Assembly: GCA_951406725.2 (NCBI GenBank) | Contig: OX597817.1 | Span: 20,150,001-20,214,000, forward strand | Length of the DNA: 64,000 nt | Origin: Octopus vulgaris | Lineage: Eukaryota | Direction of reading: 5' to 3' | Shown here: positions 40,128 through 54,705 of the stretch, piece after piece | Layout of the letters: each line of letters opens with the position of its first letter | Position numbering within the stretch: the stretch's first letter is position 1 | Notes under the pieces: generated by a model | What the model saw: only the letters and a program-made list of their open reading frames with translations | Told to the model about the DNA's origin: nothing | Database searches by the model: none | Position numbers and translations under genes: made by a program

Positions 40128-40290
40128 GACAGGCTTCTTTCAGTTTCCGTCTACCAAAACCACTCACAAGGCATTGGTCGGCCCGGGGCTATAGTAGAAG
40201 ACACTTGCCCAAGATGCCACGCAGTGGGACTGAACCCGGAACCATGAGGTTGGTTAGCAAGCTACTTACCACACAGCCACTCCTGCGCCT
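39862..40290 (-). mobile_element. SINE family A, full length
   Basis: Complete from the head (ggcgcaggagtggctgtgtggtaag) to the TAAAGAGTAA tail. Confidence 0.95.
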
Positions 40291-40807
40291 ATGGCCTAAT
40301 TTTGAGATATAGTCTGAATTGCCAGAAGATATCATGGTTGAGCTAATTATTTTACGTATCTATGTAGTTTCAAGTAGCCTCTGACACATGATCCATATTC
40401 TCATACGGGAGCAAGTCGAATTTTAGTGAATGACACTTTGTGTGTGTGTGTGTGTGAGATAAGGACAGACAGACAGACAGAAAGCGGCAGGAACACTGAC
40501 TTTGTTGCCTCGACAAGAGAAAGGCAAGTTCAAACACGTTGATATTTTAACTGAATGTTGTGACTCAATACTGAAATTTATCGTATAGTACACTCATGTA
40601 ATTCTATTTAAGAACATTTCAAGCACACGCGAGCACACTTAAAAACACAAACACGTTCACGGACGCGCACAAACGCGCAAACAAAAATACACAATACATA
40701 CATACACAAACACACACATCCACACACGCACGCACGAACATATATATATATATATATAAAATCTTCGAACAGACGGTCAGTAGCGACACCTGCTGGTTCT
40801 GACTACG

Positions 40808-40848
40808 CTGCATTTATAAAGGGCTACAACCCTGAAACATGTCTGCAG
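40808..40848 (+). ncRNA. Decayed minimal hammerhead motif
   Basis: ctgca [tttataa] aggg-ctacaa-ccct GAAA catg TC tgcag: all stems perfect, 7-nt core carries three changes. Confidence 0.6.
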
Positions 40849-41055
40849 ATGCCTGACTAGCAAGGTGAAGCGGCTGACCTCCCCATTTCGAAGGTTGTAA
40901 TGGATGCAGGTTCGTGTGTCATATAGCTAGCTAGAGGCGGTGGCCTCTTGGAGCTAATCAGCGATAGCTTTAGTCTTATATTTAGACTGCCATATTAGTA
41001 TGGCGATAACTATTAATATATATATATATATTTATATGCATAAATATATGTGTGT

Positions 41056-41364
41056 GGAGGAGTAATGGCCCAGTGGTTAGGGCAGCGGACTTGCGGTCGT
41101 AGGATCGCGATTTCGATTCCCAGACCGGGCGTTGTGTGTATTTATTGAGCGAAAGCACTAAAAGCTCCACGACGCTCCGGCAGGGGTGGTGATCCCTGCT
41201 GTACTCTTTCACCACTCTTTCTCTCACTTTCGTCTGCTGGCCTGCTCGCTTAGCCAGCGGAGTGGCGTCATTCGAAAGCTAAAACAATGCGAACGCATTG
41301 TGACCAGCGATGTGTAGCAACATATGATGGTCTGGTCGGTCACGTGATCACGTGATCACGTGAT
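41056..41364 (+). mobile_element. tRNA-derived SINE family B, full length
   Basis: A box TGGCCCAGTGG, B box TTTCGATTCCC, tail (CACGTGAT)3. Confidence 0.92.
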
Positions 41365-41365
41365 A

Positions 41366-41421
<56 letters not shown>

Positions 41422-41450
41422 TATCGTTTCAACACGTTTCAACATGATGA

Positions 41451-41511
<61 letters not shown>

Positions 41512-41525
41512 GTTTCAACATGTGA

Positions 41526-41582
<57 letters not shown>

Positions 41583-41589
41583 TTTTATA

Positions 41590-41634
<45 letters not shown>

Positions 41635-42789
41635 TCGTTTATGTGTATGCGTTTGTTTGCATACAGCTTACCCAGATAAAGCAAACATACATGAATATTG
41701 GTATTAAAATCTCAGTTGAAATAACCGCTATGTTCATTCATTTTCGCAACAATCATGATGATAGTTTTGGACATAATGACTGTTTGCTATACAAATAGAC
41801 CAGAAATGAACACGAAGTCGCCATATTGATCACTGTAAAATTTTAGCCGTCTCGTTCGCTCTGTTGCTCCTACATTCATCGTCGGCATCTTTGTTAAACT
41901 TCGTCTATCCGTCTTTCTTTACGGTAGCATGGTTTTAGTAATCACGAGGCATCGTCACAGAGACTTTCACTTAGACAACATGACAGAGTAATAAACAGAT
42001 GACAAATATAACATGAGTATACCCATTGTGCTACAATAAATATTTAATGATATAACTTAATACACTTTTTTTTTGCGTTATCGCTAGAGTAATAACGAAG
42101 AGTTATTGAAATCAATCTCATATAATTGCATATATAATGCTACATTGATGTTGAGTAAGAAAACATATTATAGCCCTGAGTGAAGAATTGATTTAATGTA
42201 CAGTGACGTGGCAAATGTGTTCATATTAAATAAGGAGGCTTCAAACCTCCTTATCCAATATGTAAACATTTTAAGAGGTAAATGTTATTTTATCATGCAA
42301 AATACGTTATTTTATAACACACTTTGTTTGATATTGTAGGTTTTTCAGTTGGAGTAAAATCCCATAAGAACAACGGTTTTGTTTAAAATCAATCAGAATG
42401 TGAAGAAGAACTCGACTCCATGTACTTTCAACTTCCACTTGTGTATAGCGCTTGAAAGTATCTGAGCACTCGAGTAGACAATCTCTAAATGACAAGTAAG
42501 ACAATAAGAAAAACATGGATATGAAAATATATGTAATCACTATATAAATGCAAAGTATAAAAAATATACAAGGTTTACAAGTTTGGAATAAACATTATTA
42601 CATATTAAGTGATATATTCATGGGTTTCATTAAATAAAATATTAAATATATGCAAACTAAATCGCGCATATGCTCATATTTATGCGATGCATACTTAGTT
42701 GATTACTTTGATATACATTCAGTGAACTCAAATATGAACTTGTGTGTGTTTATATATATATATATATATAACTTATATATATATAAATT

Positions 42790-43010
42790 GTCTACCTCTT
42801 TACTTATGTACAGAGCATCATATCCCAAAATACACACTATCCTGGTCCACTGTCAGCGAGGCTCGCCCTTACAAAACCAACGATGGCGTTTGTAAACTAG
42901 TTTGACAGGAATTGCTCACCATTCTTAGCAGCTACAACTAATTACGCATTAGATTCTCAGATATAATCCTTTCCTGTAAACACACGAACTACAAATCATT
43001 TGACCATTTC
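42790..43010 (+). mobile_element. PLE endonuclease C-terminal remnant
   Basis: YTLSWSTVSEARPYKTNDGVCKLV*QELLTIL..SDIILSCKH matches the W..PY..CxLC..E..CxH pattern. Confidence 0.75.
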
Positions 43011-43769
43011 GCAAAATCTATGCGATTCCCTAATTGCGATTAACATCAAGTAAGATTAACCTTAAGTTACAATTTGATCCCACTGGTAACAGAAACCTTC
43101 TACTAAATATATACCTTCTTAGCATTACCTTGACTAAGTTCTTCCTACATAGAACGACATCTCCTTAAAACTACACCTTTTCTCATTCCTTGAATTCCAT
43201 TCCTCCATCTTCTTCGGGCCTCTTCAATCAAAACTCCTCACTCTCTTCCATCGACCCAACCTCATTCCTAAAAAGCCCCCTCGCCACGTCACTTCACTGT
43301 ATCACCCCCTTTTTCTCCTACCAGTTTTGCTTCCCTTAATTATATTGACTACGATACTAAATGTTTATTATCTATTCATAAACCTAGCAGCATTTATGAA
43401 CTTTCAAATACTAGATACTACCACTCACATTTTACATTTTCCTCCCAATTCTTCACATCTAGTATTCATATTACATCTCTCATTACGCTAAGCATTCTCC
43501 CCTCTATCATCTTCTCTCTTCCGTTGCCCCAACATTCCACATACTCCCATCCAGCTACCTATTTCCTCCTGCCTTTACCGGTTCTTTACTTCCTACTATA
43601 CCTATTCTGTCTTTAGATTTCCCTCTATATTAATATGATATAAGTTAAACTGTCATCTATCTACATTTTTGAAGGAGGCTCTGAAGCTTACTATTACTTA
43701 TTTGCCTATATTACGGATAAACATTTTTGATAAACTACATCTGTCAAAATTGAAAGTACAAATGACGCC

Positions 43770-43850
43770 GGGGTGAACTATGTATTTTATCCCGTCAGTT
43801 ACCGAAGTCGATGTAATCGAGTAGTCACTTTCACTCAAATTTGCTGGCCT
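43770..43850 (+). mobile_element. SINE family C fragment, decayed
   Basis: gtcgatgtaatcga and aaatttgctggcct resemble the 3' halves of the 22218 and 57090 copies. Confidence 0.45.
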
Positions 43851-44197
43851 GCAATGGTCAAGCGCTCCATTCAGGGAATGTTGTGATCTTGGTCGCTTAT
43901 ATGCCACGAAAATCAGGTAAACGGTTACGATTCCTATGTATCGACAAAAATAATGAGAAAATAGTTAAGGTAGGTTTAGATATACTATATATGTGAATAA
44001 AATTAAAAACTTACAAAGAATATTCACAGCGTCTCAGCAGTCGATCGTAAAGTTTATTCAGTCGTAGAATACAGGGCTAAACATTGTTTTTCTCTACAGG
44101 AATATATCGTATAGAAGAATCTGGTTAACACGATTCTATTGTTCTGTTGCATAATCTACACGCTTACATCTCTCTTCTTAACTCTCTGTGTGTGTCT

Positions 44198-44435
<238 letters not shown>

Positions 44436-45092
44436 CGCAACTCAGTATAGCGTGTTTTGTTTAGTTTTTTTTTGAGGCTCTCTAAATCATCCTAAGTATT
44501 GAACTTGAGTTTCTTTATTTTCATTTGCTCTCAGTAGGTTATTTGTAATAATTCTCTATCGAAATTGATTCTAATGACATTTGTGAAATATGTCAAACAC
44601 ATTCACTTGTTTCTCAGAAGTAGCTATGCACAATAACAATCTAGTAATTCTTGTGTACGTAACTTCAAGAAAGAATAAGGAAAATGTCATTATCGAAGTT
44701 ATATACGAAGACTATAATACAAAATTAGGATAAAAAAAACATCAGAATGAAGAAATTCGTTGGAAATAAAATCTAGTAAATAACTAATACAATCTCCAAA
44801 TATTTTATTATCGAGCTATAAAAATCTAGAACAATTCACATTATACGATATGACAGTTTGAAACACAAGGGAAAATAAAGATAGGCAAAAAGGGAAAAAA
44901 AATATAGAAAATATTTTATTACTTAAATATATATATCGACTTGTTTGAATAAGCATGTTCCGGTATATAAAAGCTCATGAAATCATTGGAATACTCACAA
45001 ACGTATCTCTCTCCTACACCCGCTTTGTGTGTGCGTGTGTATATGTATGTATGTATGTATGTATGCATGTATGTATGTATGTATGTATGTTT

Positions 45093-45215
<123 letters not shown>

Positions 45216-45258
45216 TTATATTTATATATATATGTGTATAAATATATATATGTATATG

Positions 45259-45321
<63 letters not shown>

Positions 45322-47544
45322 ATGCTGTAAACTAGCAAACTTTATGAAAGTTTATATTAAAATATTTTGTGTGTTTACTTCTTCAGGCTTAGATTTTAAT
45401 GTTACATTTCAATTTACAGACATGACAAAAGTAACATTAAATTCATAATTATTAATTAGGTTTTCTTTATTTTGTGCTCCTTGCTGAAAATTTTATTCTT
45501 TCTACTATAGACGACATACCTCACATGATACATTGTAAAAGCGACGCAAGCTTTAAAAAAATGTTGTCTTTATAATATTTATGTATAATATGCTACTACC
45601 TACTACCTACAAATATGACAGTACACTTCTCGCTAATGGCTCATGTATTTTAATCGTTTCACTGATTCTACATTCATGGTCACGTATCGTTTATTAAAGA
45701 AAAGGGTAGGCTCTGAAAATATATGTTTAATTAATATTCTCCTGTACAGGTAACGTGGGAAGAAAACCTTAATACTGAATTTATCTGTTTTTATGATGTG
45801 TGAATATCTGATAAATGCAAGCTCGTGTGGTAAATGAAAATTCAAAATCTTTAAAAACTCGATTGAAATTGACTATGTCGTGAAACAAGTTGATGGGCTA
45901 AACAGTAGTGAATATAAAACATAGCTAAGATGTGCTTTGTTTTGGTTGCAGTTTCCAATTCCTAACTGGTCATACAATCCACAATATTTTGATATCCACT
46001 AGCTAATATAAATAGTGAGTTTTGGGTGTTTGATATAGTTATGGATGATTGAGATTCACAAAGTGACTAGCAAAATTAATATAACCCTAGGTAATCTTGA
46101 TGATACACTGGAGGAAATGAGACAGGTTAAGTATAAAATGCCATGGGTTTAGATTTACTTTAGTTCCGTTATGCGAAGTTTTCGTTATTCTGGACGTGTA
46201 TATGAATACAGATGCGTATTATTTATGTTATAGTCATTGCAGATGTATATTATTTATTGTATATTCATTCTGTGACTATCTCATTCTTTGTCTTCATTTA
46301 TGTAACTTTCATTTTCCCGATTACCGTATCGTAATTCATTAGATTTGACTATTTACATCTTTAGATTCTTACCGAATTCAGAATTTTCACCTTTACATTT
46401 TCTCATCTCATCGAGAAAGATAGGCATATGTATCCGTGCGCTTTTGCTTCAAGTTCTGTTTCGCCTTGTTTTATAAATTATGTTTGGAATCAGCTTTCAT
46501 TTTCATGGTAAGATATCTTTCGAAATATCTATATGCAGTGTTTTGAGCTGCATGAGATTCATTACATATATCTTTCATATTTTCACCACATTTAATTCAG
46601 CGGTCTCGTGGAGTATTTACCGTGACGTTAATACTGCTTACCGTCATTTCGTCTAACTTCATGTCCGTGTCTTAGTGTTTTGTCTGTCCAGGTAATTGAA
46701 TGCTCAGTTTCACCAGCAGAGATTTAGAATGATTGTTGATTTTACGCTGTCTTACTTTCATTTGAAGGAGACTTACGCGTGTTGGTTATAGAGTATGACA
46801 TATTTATCGCCATATTCCCCTCCCCATACTGGAAAACAAATTTCATTTGATTGTTCTTACTTTCTAACTTTTTTCTATCATTTTGTAGTTATGCAGATAT
46901 TTTCTTCTTTAGTAATTAGTTTTGAGTTGTAATTCATTTGCTGATATAGAGAGAAATAATTTCTTACAAATGTAGACAAATTAATTTATTTGTTTGTTGT
47001 TATTCTTCACCTCCGCACGTTTTTTTTTTTATCTTTTAGATTCTAGCCTTTAGGTTGTATCAGATTTCTCTCTATATTTAAATTCATCATCTTTTTTCCG
47101 ATATCACCCTGCAGAGTACCAACAGAGCGAGAGATTATCACCAGGTGGTTTCAGTTCATTTCATGTCAATTTTGTTTAGATTTAAATTTGATATACGTCA
47201 GTACTATGAGGATAAGGATTTTCATGCTGTAATGCCAACATTACGTTTTTTGATACCCGCATTATGAAAGATTATATATATAGATATCAATTCACTCTTC
47301 TCTTTGCAACAAAAAAAAAAAAAACACTCGTTGATTAAGAAACTCAAAGTAAAGGGAATATACACATGTAGTATTTTAGGAACACAGTGCCCTTTTCCCT
47401 ATACCTTTCCGTGAATAGCAAGGAGAAAAGTGATAAGCCTTTAATCCCCACCATACTAAGAAAATACAGTTCTTTACTGTATGACAATGAAAGAGAAAAT
47501 GATTAGCAGTTTTGCCATTATACAGAAAAATATGTACACAGAAG

Positions 47545-48347
47545 AAAACATGGAAATGCACTCGCAAGACACTTGGTTTGTTCTCATTGTGTGAGAATAC
47601 AAAATTAGGTGGTGTGAAGCCTGTTATACGCAAACAAATGTGTGATGAAACCTGCTTTCAATTCATGTTGAATTGTAACGAGTGGGACTCTGTCTCCAGG
47701 AGAGAGGGAGGGGAAGAATCAGAGAGAGCGAGAGAAAAAGCAGGAGAGAGAGGTAGAGACAGACAGGCATACAGAAATGTGAGAGACTCACTCTGTCTCA
47801 CTGTAAGAGAGGAGTGAGATCTTCCTTTCCTCATTCTCATTTGTGCTTATTCGGGAAAAAAATCGAGAAGGAAATAAGCTTGTGGATGCATGACAAGAAT
47901 CTAGTTACTAAGTCGTTTAAATCTGATTCAAATTATGTAGGCCGGGCGCCCGCAAAATGTTGAATACACCACAAACAGAAAGACGTACGCATGCTAGTTT
48001 CCCAAATGGAGACATTTGTACGTAAAGGACACTTGCTTTGTTCTCATCGTTTGTGCTTACAAAAATACCTGCTGTGCAGGCTAGCATGTGAAAAGGAATA
48101 TGCGATGAAACCTGCTTTCAATTCTTGCTGAAGTTCCAAGAGCCGGATTCTGTGAACGGGAGAAAGAAAGGAAGAGAGAGAGAGAGAGAGAGAGGAGTGA
48201 GAAGCACCCCCTCCTCATTCTCTCCCTGTTGATTTTATTCAGTAAAAGACGATGAGAAAATGCATTTACAGATAGACGACGAAAATCCAGTTACTACAAA
48301 TGTAAAAGTAAGAGGTGTTCTGAAGCATTGCTTTATATAGGGGAAGA
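47545..48347 (-). mobile_element. Two diverged tandem ~300-350 bp units, probably Helitron-derived
   Basis: 47545-47910 and 48005-48297 share gacacttg.tttgttctcat, gatgaaacctgctttcaattc, gagaggagtgaga, tcctcattctc and agttacta. The minus strand starts tcttcccctatataaagc. Confidence 0.55.
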
Positions 48348-49917
48348 GCGAAAACGTAAATATTAGAGAGTCTAACATCAGTAGAGGCATTGGAAACAGT
48401 AGGTCCTTGAAAACAAGTCTATGACAGCTGCTACTATTGGTGTTATCACTGCAACTTCTTTCTCAACGTTAAACTTATTGAAAAGGGGGCAATATACAAT
48501 CACATCATAATTCGTGGATTCCATTGACAAGTTTGGGTCTTGCAAGAAGCATTCCACCATTTAACATTTATTTTCTTTCTTCAAATAACGGTATTGTAAA
48601 TCGAAATATAAGACAAAAATAATTCACAGAAATTTGTATTTGTGTGGGAATTTAGATATGAACGTGGAGTGAGGGTGTGCATTAGATGTGTTTGATAAAT
48701 GTATACGAATGTATATACTGTGAACAACTATATGGATATTTCATATTTTATTAAAATAAACAAAGCCGATATTTAAAGAAAGTGAAATATTGATCTAATA
48801 AATAATACTCCCTAAAATCATATGATTTTAAAATATTCAATTTTTCAGAATAACAATTCAACTGTCAACGACTAAAAGTATAAAAACTAGAGAAAATAAA
48901 CTTGTTTGCATTCATTTGCTATTATTTTGTTTTTTAACTATATCGTGTATCGCGATTTTTATACAACTTGCTTTGAAGTTATATCGTCAGTTAAAGAAAA
49001 CCCATGTCCAACTTGTTAATTCTTGAAACAGTTTACATAATTTTGTTATTTTTCTATTTAAATATTTTGCTCAAGCTGCTCGAAGAATTATAGAAAATAT
49101 TTTTATTTGCCGAACTATTTTAGACCTATCTAATATAAATGTTGCAGGAAACAATTTATCATAAGCAAATATTTAACAAATATTTCATTTGAATCAATCC
49201 AAAGAAGTATTTAGTGTCAAGTAAATAGTAATATTTCAATTAAATCGACTAGTGCGAAAAACGACCCAAGTCTTATAATACTTTGTGTGGTTGATAAATG
49301 TATAACTAAATCGAGCGCCAGACTCATATCTATGTCTGAAAAAGAAAAAAAGAAAAAGAATAATTATGTGTTACATTTAATCTCACTTAAGAGATCTGGT
49401 CACTGGAATTTTAATATATTTATGTTCAATTACAGTAAAATGCTTAGCTTGTAGACATAAACTATCATTTACGTTAGGAAGACCACACAGCTTTTACGAA
49501 ATATTAGGATAAGTGCATACCGCTTTTAGTTTAGTCTATTTCCAAATATATATTTGAAGGATGAATCACATATTGTCATTTCATTTGTTTATTTATATAT
49601 ACATTTACACACACACGCATACACGAAGACAAAAACTCTCTCGCACACACACACATGTATGTAATGGTAAGATCCATGGCTCAAGGTTTAGGAAGGTAGA
49701 AAGCTTCAAACAATCTGTACAATATATAAAAACAACATTCAGGAACAGCAGTTGTTTCTTGGCGCAGAAGGTAGTGCATTTTTCCTGTAACGATGTACGA
49801 TAAGCATGAAATTTTTTTTTTATACTTCACGGTTAGAACAAGGGCTTGTTGTACATGCAAATAGTCATCCAAAATTTACCGATTCGATTAGATGAAATCC
49901 AGGCTACATATGTTTCA

Positions 49918-50130
49918 TAGCTAGTGGAACCTCGGAAGTAGAAAGCATGCAAACGAATAGCCTACCTCAAGCCACTCTTCAGGTCAAGGATATCTTGGCT
50001 ATATGAAGATTACATTGTCGTTAGGAGATTCTGGGTAAACTTCATATATTCATGGTGTCCCTGGTCTGAAGAGCAGCTTGTGGTCTACCCTCATTTGGAT
50101 AAATTACTACTTCCGAGGTTCCACTACCTA
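49918..50130. mobile_element. MITE with ~26 bp terminal inverted repeats and TA ends (Tc1/pogo-like)
   Basis: tagctagtggaacctcggaagtag ... ctacttccgaggttccactaccta. Confidence 0.8.
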
Positions 50131-50236
50131 AATATATGTATGTATGTGTGTATATATGTATGTGTGTATGTATGTATGCATATGTATATATGTGTGTATA
50201 TGTATGTGTGTGTGTACGTATCTATATATATATATA

Positions 50237-50304
<68 letters not shown>

Positions 50305-50344
50305 AATATACAAACGTATATGTACATACATCTATATGTATATA

Positions 50345-50550
50345 TGCATGTGGGCACAGGACATCACGAAACCTGTACAACAAAAAATGTAAACCACGTG
50401 AACATGGAGCATGCGCTATTCTTTCGATCAACGAAAGACACAAATGGAAAACAAAACAGACAACATAAAGGACGACCCTTCATCAGTTGTTGGCTGTTTC
50501 TTTTAGTCTCGTATTTCGAGCATTTAACAACAATATACGCTTTCGATAAC
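50345..50550 (-). mobile_element. Short element of the 12210 family containing CTGATGA
   Basis: Minus strand caacaactgatgaaggg..atgttgtctg..gtgatgtcctgtgcccacat aligns loosely with 12212-12355. Confidence 0.55.
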
Positions 50551-50860
50551 ACACGCGCACACTCACAGACACACGCACGTAGATGTATCTATGAATGGTC
50601 GACTAGTTGTGTAGCGTGTTAACAGATGGCAGCACATGATTGCGTGAACAGCGAGATCTACCAGTAACGTTCCTCAGACTGTGTGCCCAGCGACATTGAT
50701 GTTTTTACTTAGCAAATTTTGAGATTTGTGTTTTTATGGTGTGTGTTTTTTGATTTGTGTTTTGTATATGGTGTAGTCTGCGATTTTGTCATGGACAGGA
50801 CAAACGATCCGACGTCAAATTTTGCGCTGCAGTTAGGAGGTCCCCTGTAGAAATATTGAT

Positions 50861-51160
50861 TATGCTTCAGTAAGCTTACGGCAACGTGACAGTGGGTCGT
50901 ACGCAATGTTTCGAGAGGAAGTTCCGCTTTGAAAACCGAAGACCACGTCTGGAAGACGATGAGTGATCTAGAAGACCTACCACTAGCGACATCCCGGATA
51001 CGGGGTATTGTGCATTGAGAATTCGTTCCCCCAAGGCCCGACCGTCAATCTAGAATTCTACTACCTCGTTTTGAAACGTTTGTGGGAATGCAACAAGATC
51101 TGTGGAATGCGAATAACTGGATTCATCACGACGACAAAGCACCGTGTCACTGAGCTCACA
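50861..51160 (+). mobile_element. Mariner transposase remnant with internal deletions
   Basis: MLQ*AYGNVTVGRTQCFE..LEDDE*SRRPTTS; IRGIVH*EFVP..TVNLEFY; NW..HDDKAPCH. Confidence 0.88.
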
Positions 51161-52436
51161 TATTGAACTCTTGATGCGCAAGTAATAATAACTGAGTATA
51201 TATTTGAACAATTTGATTCCGGTTATAGCGTCCTTATGTATTTACAGCTATTGACCACTAAATATCTGAGCGTGTCGTTTCCAAAGCAGTTGAGAGTAAT
51301 TTTAGAACGTGAAAGCTAAGCGTTTTAGAACACCAATACTACGCGTCCCGTCTGAGACGACTCCATTGCTTCTGTTCTTTGCTCATTGTGATAGTTTCAG
51401 TTGAGTTCATACTGCTGTCCTTGTTTTTGTTACTAATGTTGGATGTACCATAATACACTAAGAATATCGTCTCGCTTCATGCAATCGAGGGCATTTCGAT
51501 TCCTATATTTCACGTTTGTCCCCAAAGAAGACTTTCGAAATGCAACAGTACTCTTCAAAATAGTAGGTAATCGTGAAAATATCGCTACAACCAGTCATCG
51601 TTTGGAAATATAACTGTCTAAGGTGACAGTTATATTCTTTTGGAAAGAATTTTATTATTTCTCATCCAAAAGCAGTATCTGAAGAAGCTTTGACGCTTTA
51701 GTTACAAACGTATAGTAAGTTTTATCTGCATAGGTTTTTCTCCAAATACATTTGAGTATGAATTTAATGTTGGTTTTCATAACATTTTAGCATTATAAGA
51801 TATATTCACCACGCTGCAACATTGACAAAAGCCGAACTGATATTTAATGCTCAGTATTCACATATTGTTTTCGAATAAGCTGAAAAATTATTCGAGAAAC
51901 AATATATGAACAGACAACTTTTATGTGAATACTAACATCTATTATTTATTTTTATCCTTTGATATTCCACTATATAGACATATATTTTATCACTCAATCA
52001 CATTTCCAACTATGTGTAAAATTTTGTAGTTGCACTTAATGATAGAATGAAAAATATAGTTTCAATTTGTTGTTTCATATCCTATCTTTCTACCATTCTC
52101 AATTTACCAATTCTTTTCTTGTTAACCGACTATATTTAGAAGTTATTACCGTTTTTCTTCTCATTCACATCCTCGTATATTCAGATGTGTTCATTAATTA
52201 ATCCTGTTATATATCTTTATAATTATTGTCACCGCGTCTAATTAAACTAGGATTCATATTTTTCATTCCAATAAAAGTACAACAAATAATCATATAATTT
52301 ATATGTTACAGATACATATACAATTGCAAATTCATATTTATATTTTGTTTATGAAATTTGATTTCCAAATACACTGTTATATACATATATGTGTGTGCAT
52401 CTGTGTGTGTATGTATACGTATATGCAAAATCAAGT

Positions 52437-52500
<64 letters not shown>

Positions 52501-52555
52501 ATACACGTATAGAGCACATACGTGCACACACACACACACACACAAACATAAAGTA

Positions 52556-52772
52556 CAGGCGTGTAGCTTCATGCTTGTGGTTTCGATTCCCGGACTAGAC
52601 GACGCATTGTTCTTGATCAATAGGCTTTAGTTTGCGTTGCTGCAGTCCACTCAGCTGGCGAAAACTGGCAATCTTGCAACAGACCACCGTCCAGGTGGCG
52701 AATATGCACGCCATGAAAGCAGAGAGCCAGTCCTTGTGAGGTATGACTCTCGAAGGTAACTTTACCTTTACT
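52556..52772 (+). mobile_element. Old tRNA-derived SINE
   Basis: B box ggtttcgattcccgg, cagtccactcagctgg core, (CTTTAC)2 tail. Confidence 0.6.
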
Positions 52773-52793
52773 TGATGTGTACATATACATATA

Positions 52794-52836
<43 letters not shown>

Positions 52837-52859
52837 TTCTTTATTTCTTACAGGATAGT

Positions 52860-53090
52860 ATAACTCAGACTTATACCACCCTATCAGAAACCGAGTGAAG
52901 TTACGAGGTATGTGAATAAATCTTCAAATCGTCCTCCTCCCGTAATGTATTAAAATCAGTAGTCAAAAGTATTTCTAAAATAATTACGAAATTATCAACT
53001 AAGTAAAACATTTTTAATACTCACTCCCATCACTATAACGTCTCTCTCTCAAAGACAGAATATAAACGAGATATTATTTTTCTTAATCCA
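52860..53090 (+). mobile_element. PLE RT thumb remnant
   Basis: YQKPSEVTRYVNKSSNRPP..LKSVVKSISKIITKLST..IFN..HYNVSL; homologous to 25970-26190. Confidence 0.8.
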
Positions 53091-54365
53091 GAAGGTAAAA
53101 CACCGACTAATAATATAAATAATGAGAATTTAAATGAGAGTGAGAATAAAAGCCTACATGGTCAGGAAAACAGACCTACTGTGAAAGCCTCCAACAAACG
53201 TATTAATTGAAAAAATAAGATAAGTAACAATAGAAAATTAGATTCTAAAATTAAATTTTCATCATTCAGACTTTGTCATGAGGCTAATAGTCCGTATTTA
53301 TCTAGTAAAATCTTGGAAATTAAAAAAAGGCGGACCGGATTTAGCCTTAAATAGAATATAATACCAAGTGCGCAGCCTTATAAAGATAGTCGATATGGGT
53401 GTGAGATTTGCTCTACGGCAATTTGGGAGACTTTTATATGCAGGGACAAGAACAACCTGCTTATGATAGATCAAAGCTAAGGCTATCATGCATGCATAGC
53501 ATCACCGTAAAATTAAGTATTTTCGAAACCAACAACTTTACAGTTATCATACTTGATTTGATGAAGGGAATTAATTTTGGTGTCGTATCAGTTATAGCAT
53601 TCCCTCTAGTAAAAAATATGAAATTATAGGATATCATGTTATATGGTAGATTGTATTACATTACATATGTTATATGCTATGTGCTTTGTTCTTTCAGATG
53701 CTATATGTATTATTACCACATGATAACCCCTACTTTGGTACTCTAACGTCTTCCTATTTTGGTGATTACACTATTCATCTTTTCTATGAATTTGTACCCT
53801 ACTAATCATATTATGTATATTTGTAGTGATTTTATGAAAGTAAATCTCCCTTGACTAAATCCTATAGCGCATAGAAACTATATAATCATATAATACTACA
53901 TATTATAAATAAAACCTCCTCGGTTTGAATTCCTTTTACTGACCTCACTACTTCCATACCTATTACTCTCTCTTTTTAGGTTACCATTATCTTTTCCCGG
54001 CTTCCAGTTTTTAACTTTCTTCATCTTTATATGTATATGTACGTATTTCTTAATATTTTTCCATGAATTCTTATTGTTTTGTTTTCTTATTTTGATTTGT
54101 GTGGGTGTGTGTGTAGGTAAATGGATATGTAAGTAAACTGATAGATACATAGATAGATAGGTATATAGGTAATACGGACAGACAAGAGAACCCACACATA
54201 CATACACAAATGAAGACTGAAACATATGACCATATACACATAGACACACTCAGACATGCACACACATGGAGACAAAGGTACACACACAAATACTTTCACA
54301 CACACATACAAACACACAAACATGGACACACAAGACATGAATATATACATACAAACGTATACACA

Positions 54366-54403
<38 letters not shown>

Positions 54404-54554
54404 TACACACATACATGCATTCGAACCCATATATACATACATACATACATACACAAATACATACATTTATACATATGTGTTTACACATGAACACTGACGC
54501 ACCCACAAGCGCACAAACAAACAAACACAAATAACGCTGCTCTGATAACTGACA

Positions 54555-54705
54555 GAGTCAGCAACTATTGAAAAGTTTGCAAGACTTAACAAAAATTTTA
54601 GAAAAACAAAAATGTAAATGAGTGGAAATCTAACCGGTGTGTGTCTTAATTAATAAAGCACTAAAAGAGAATAACTCACCCCAGACACAATATTATAGAC
54701 ACACA
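54555..54705. repeat. Unclassified interspersed repeat, copy 3 of 3
   Basis: gagtcagcaactattgaaaagtttgcaagac..aaatgagtggaaatct. Confidence 0.7.
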
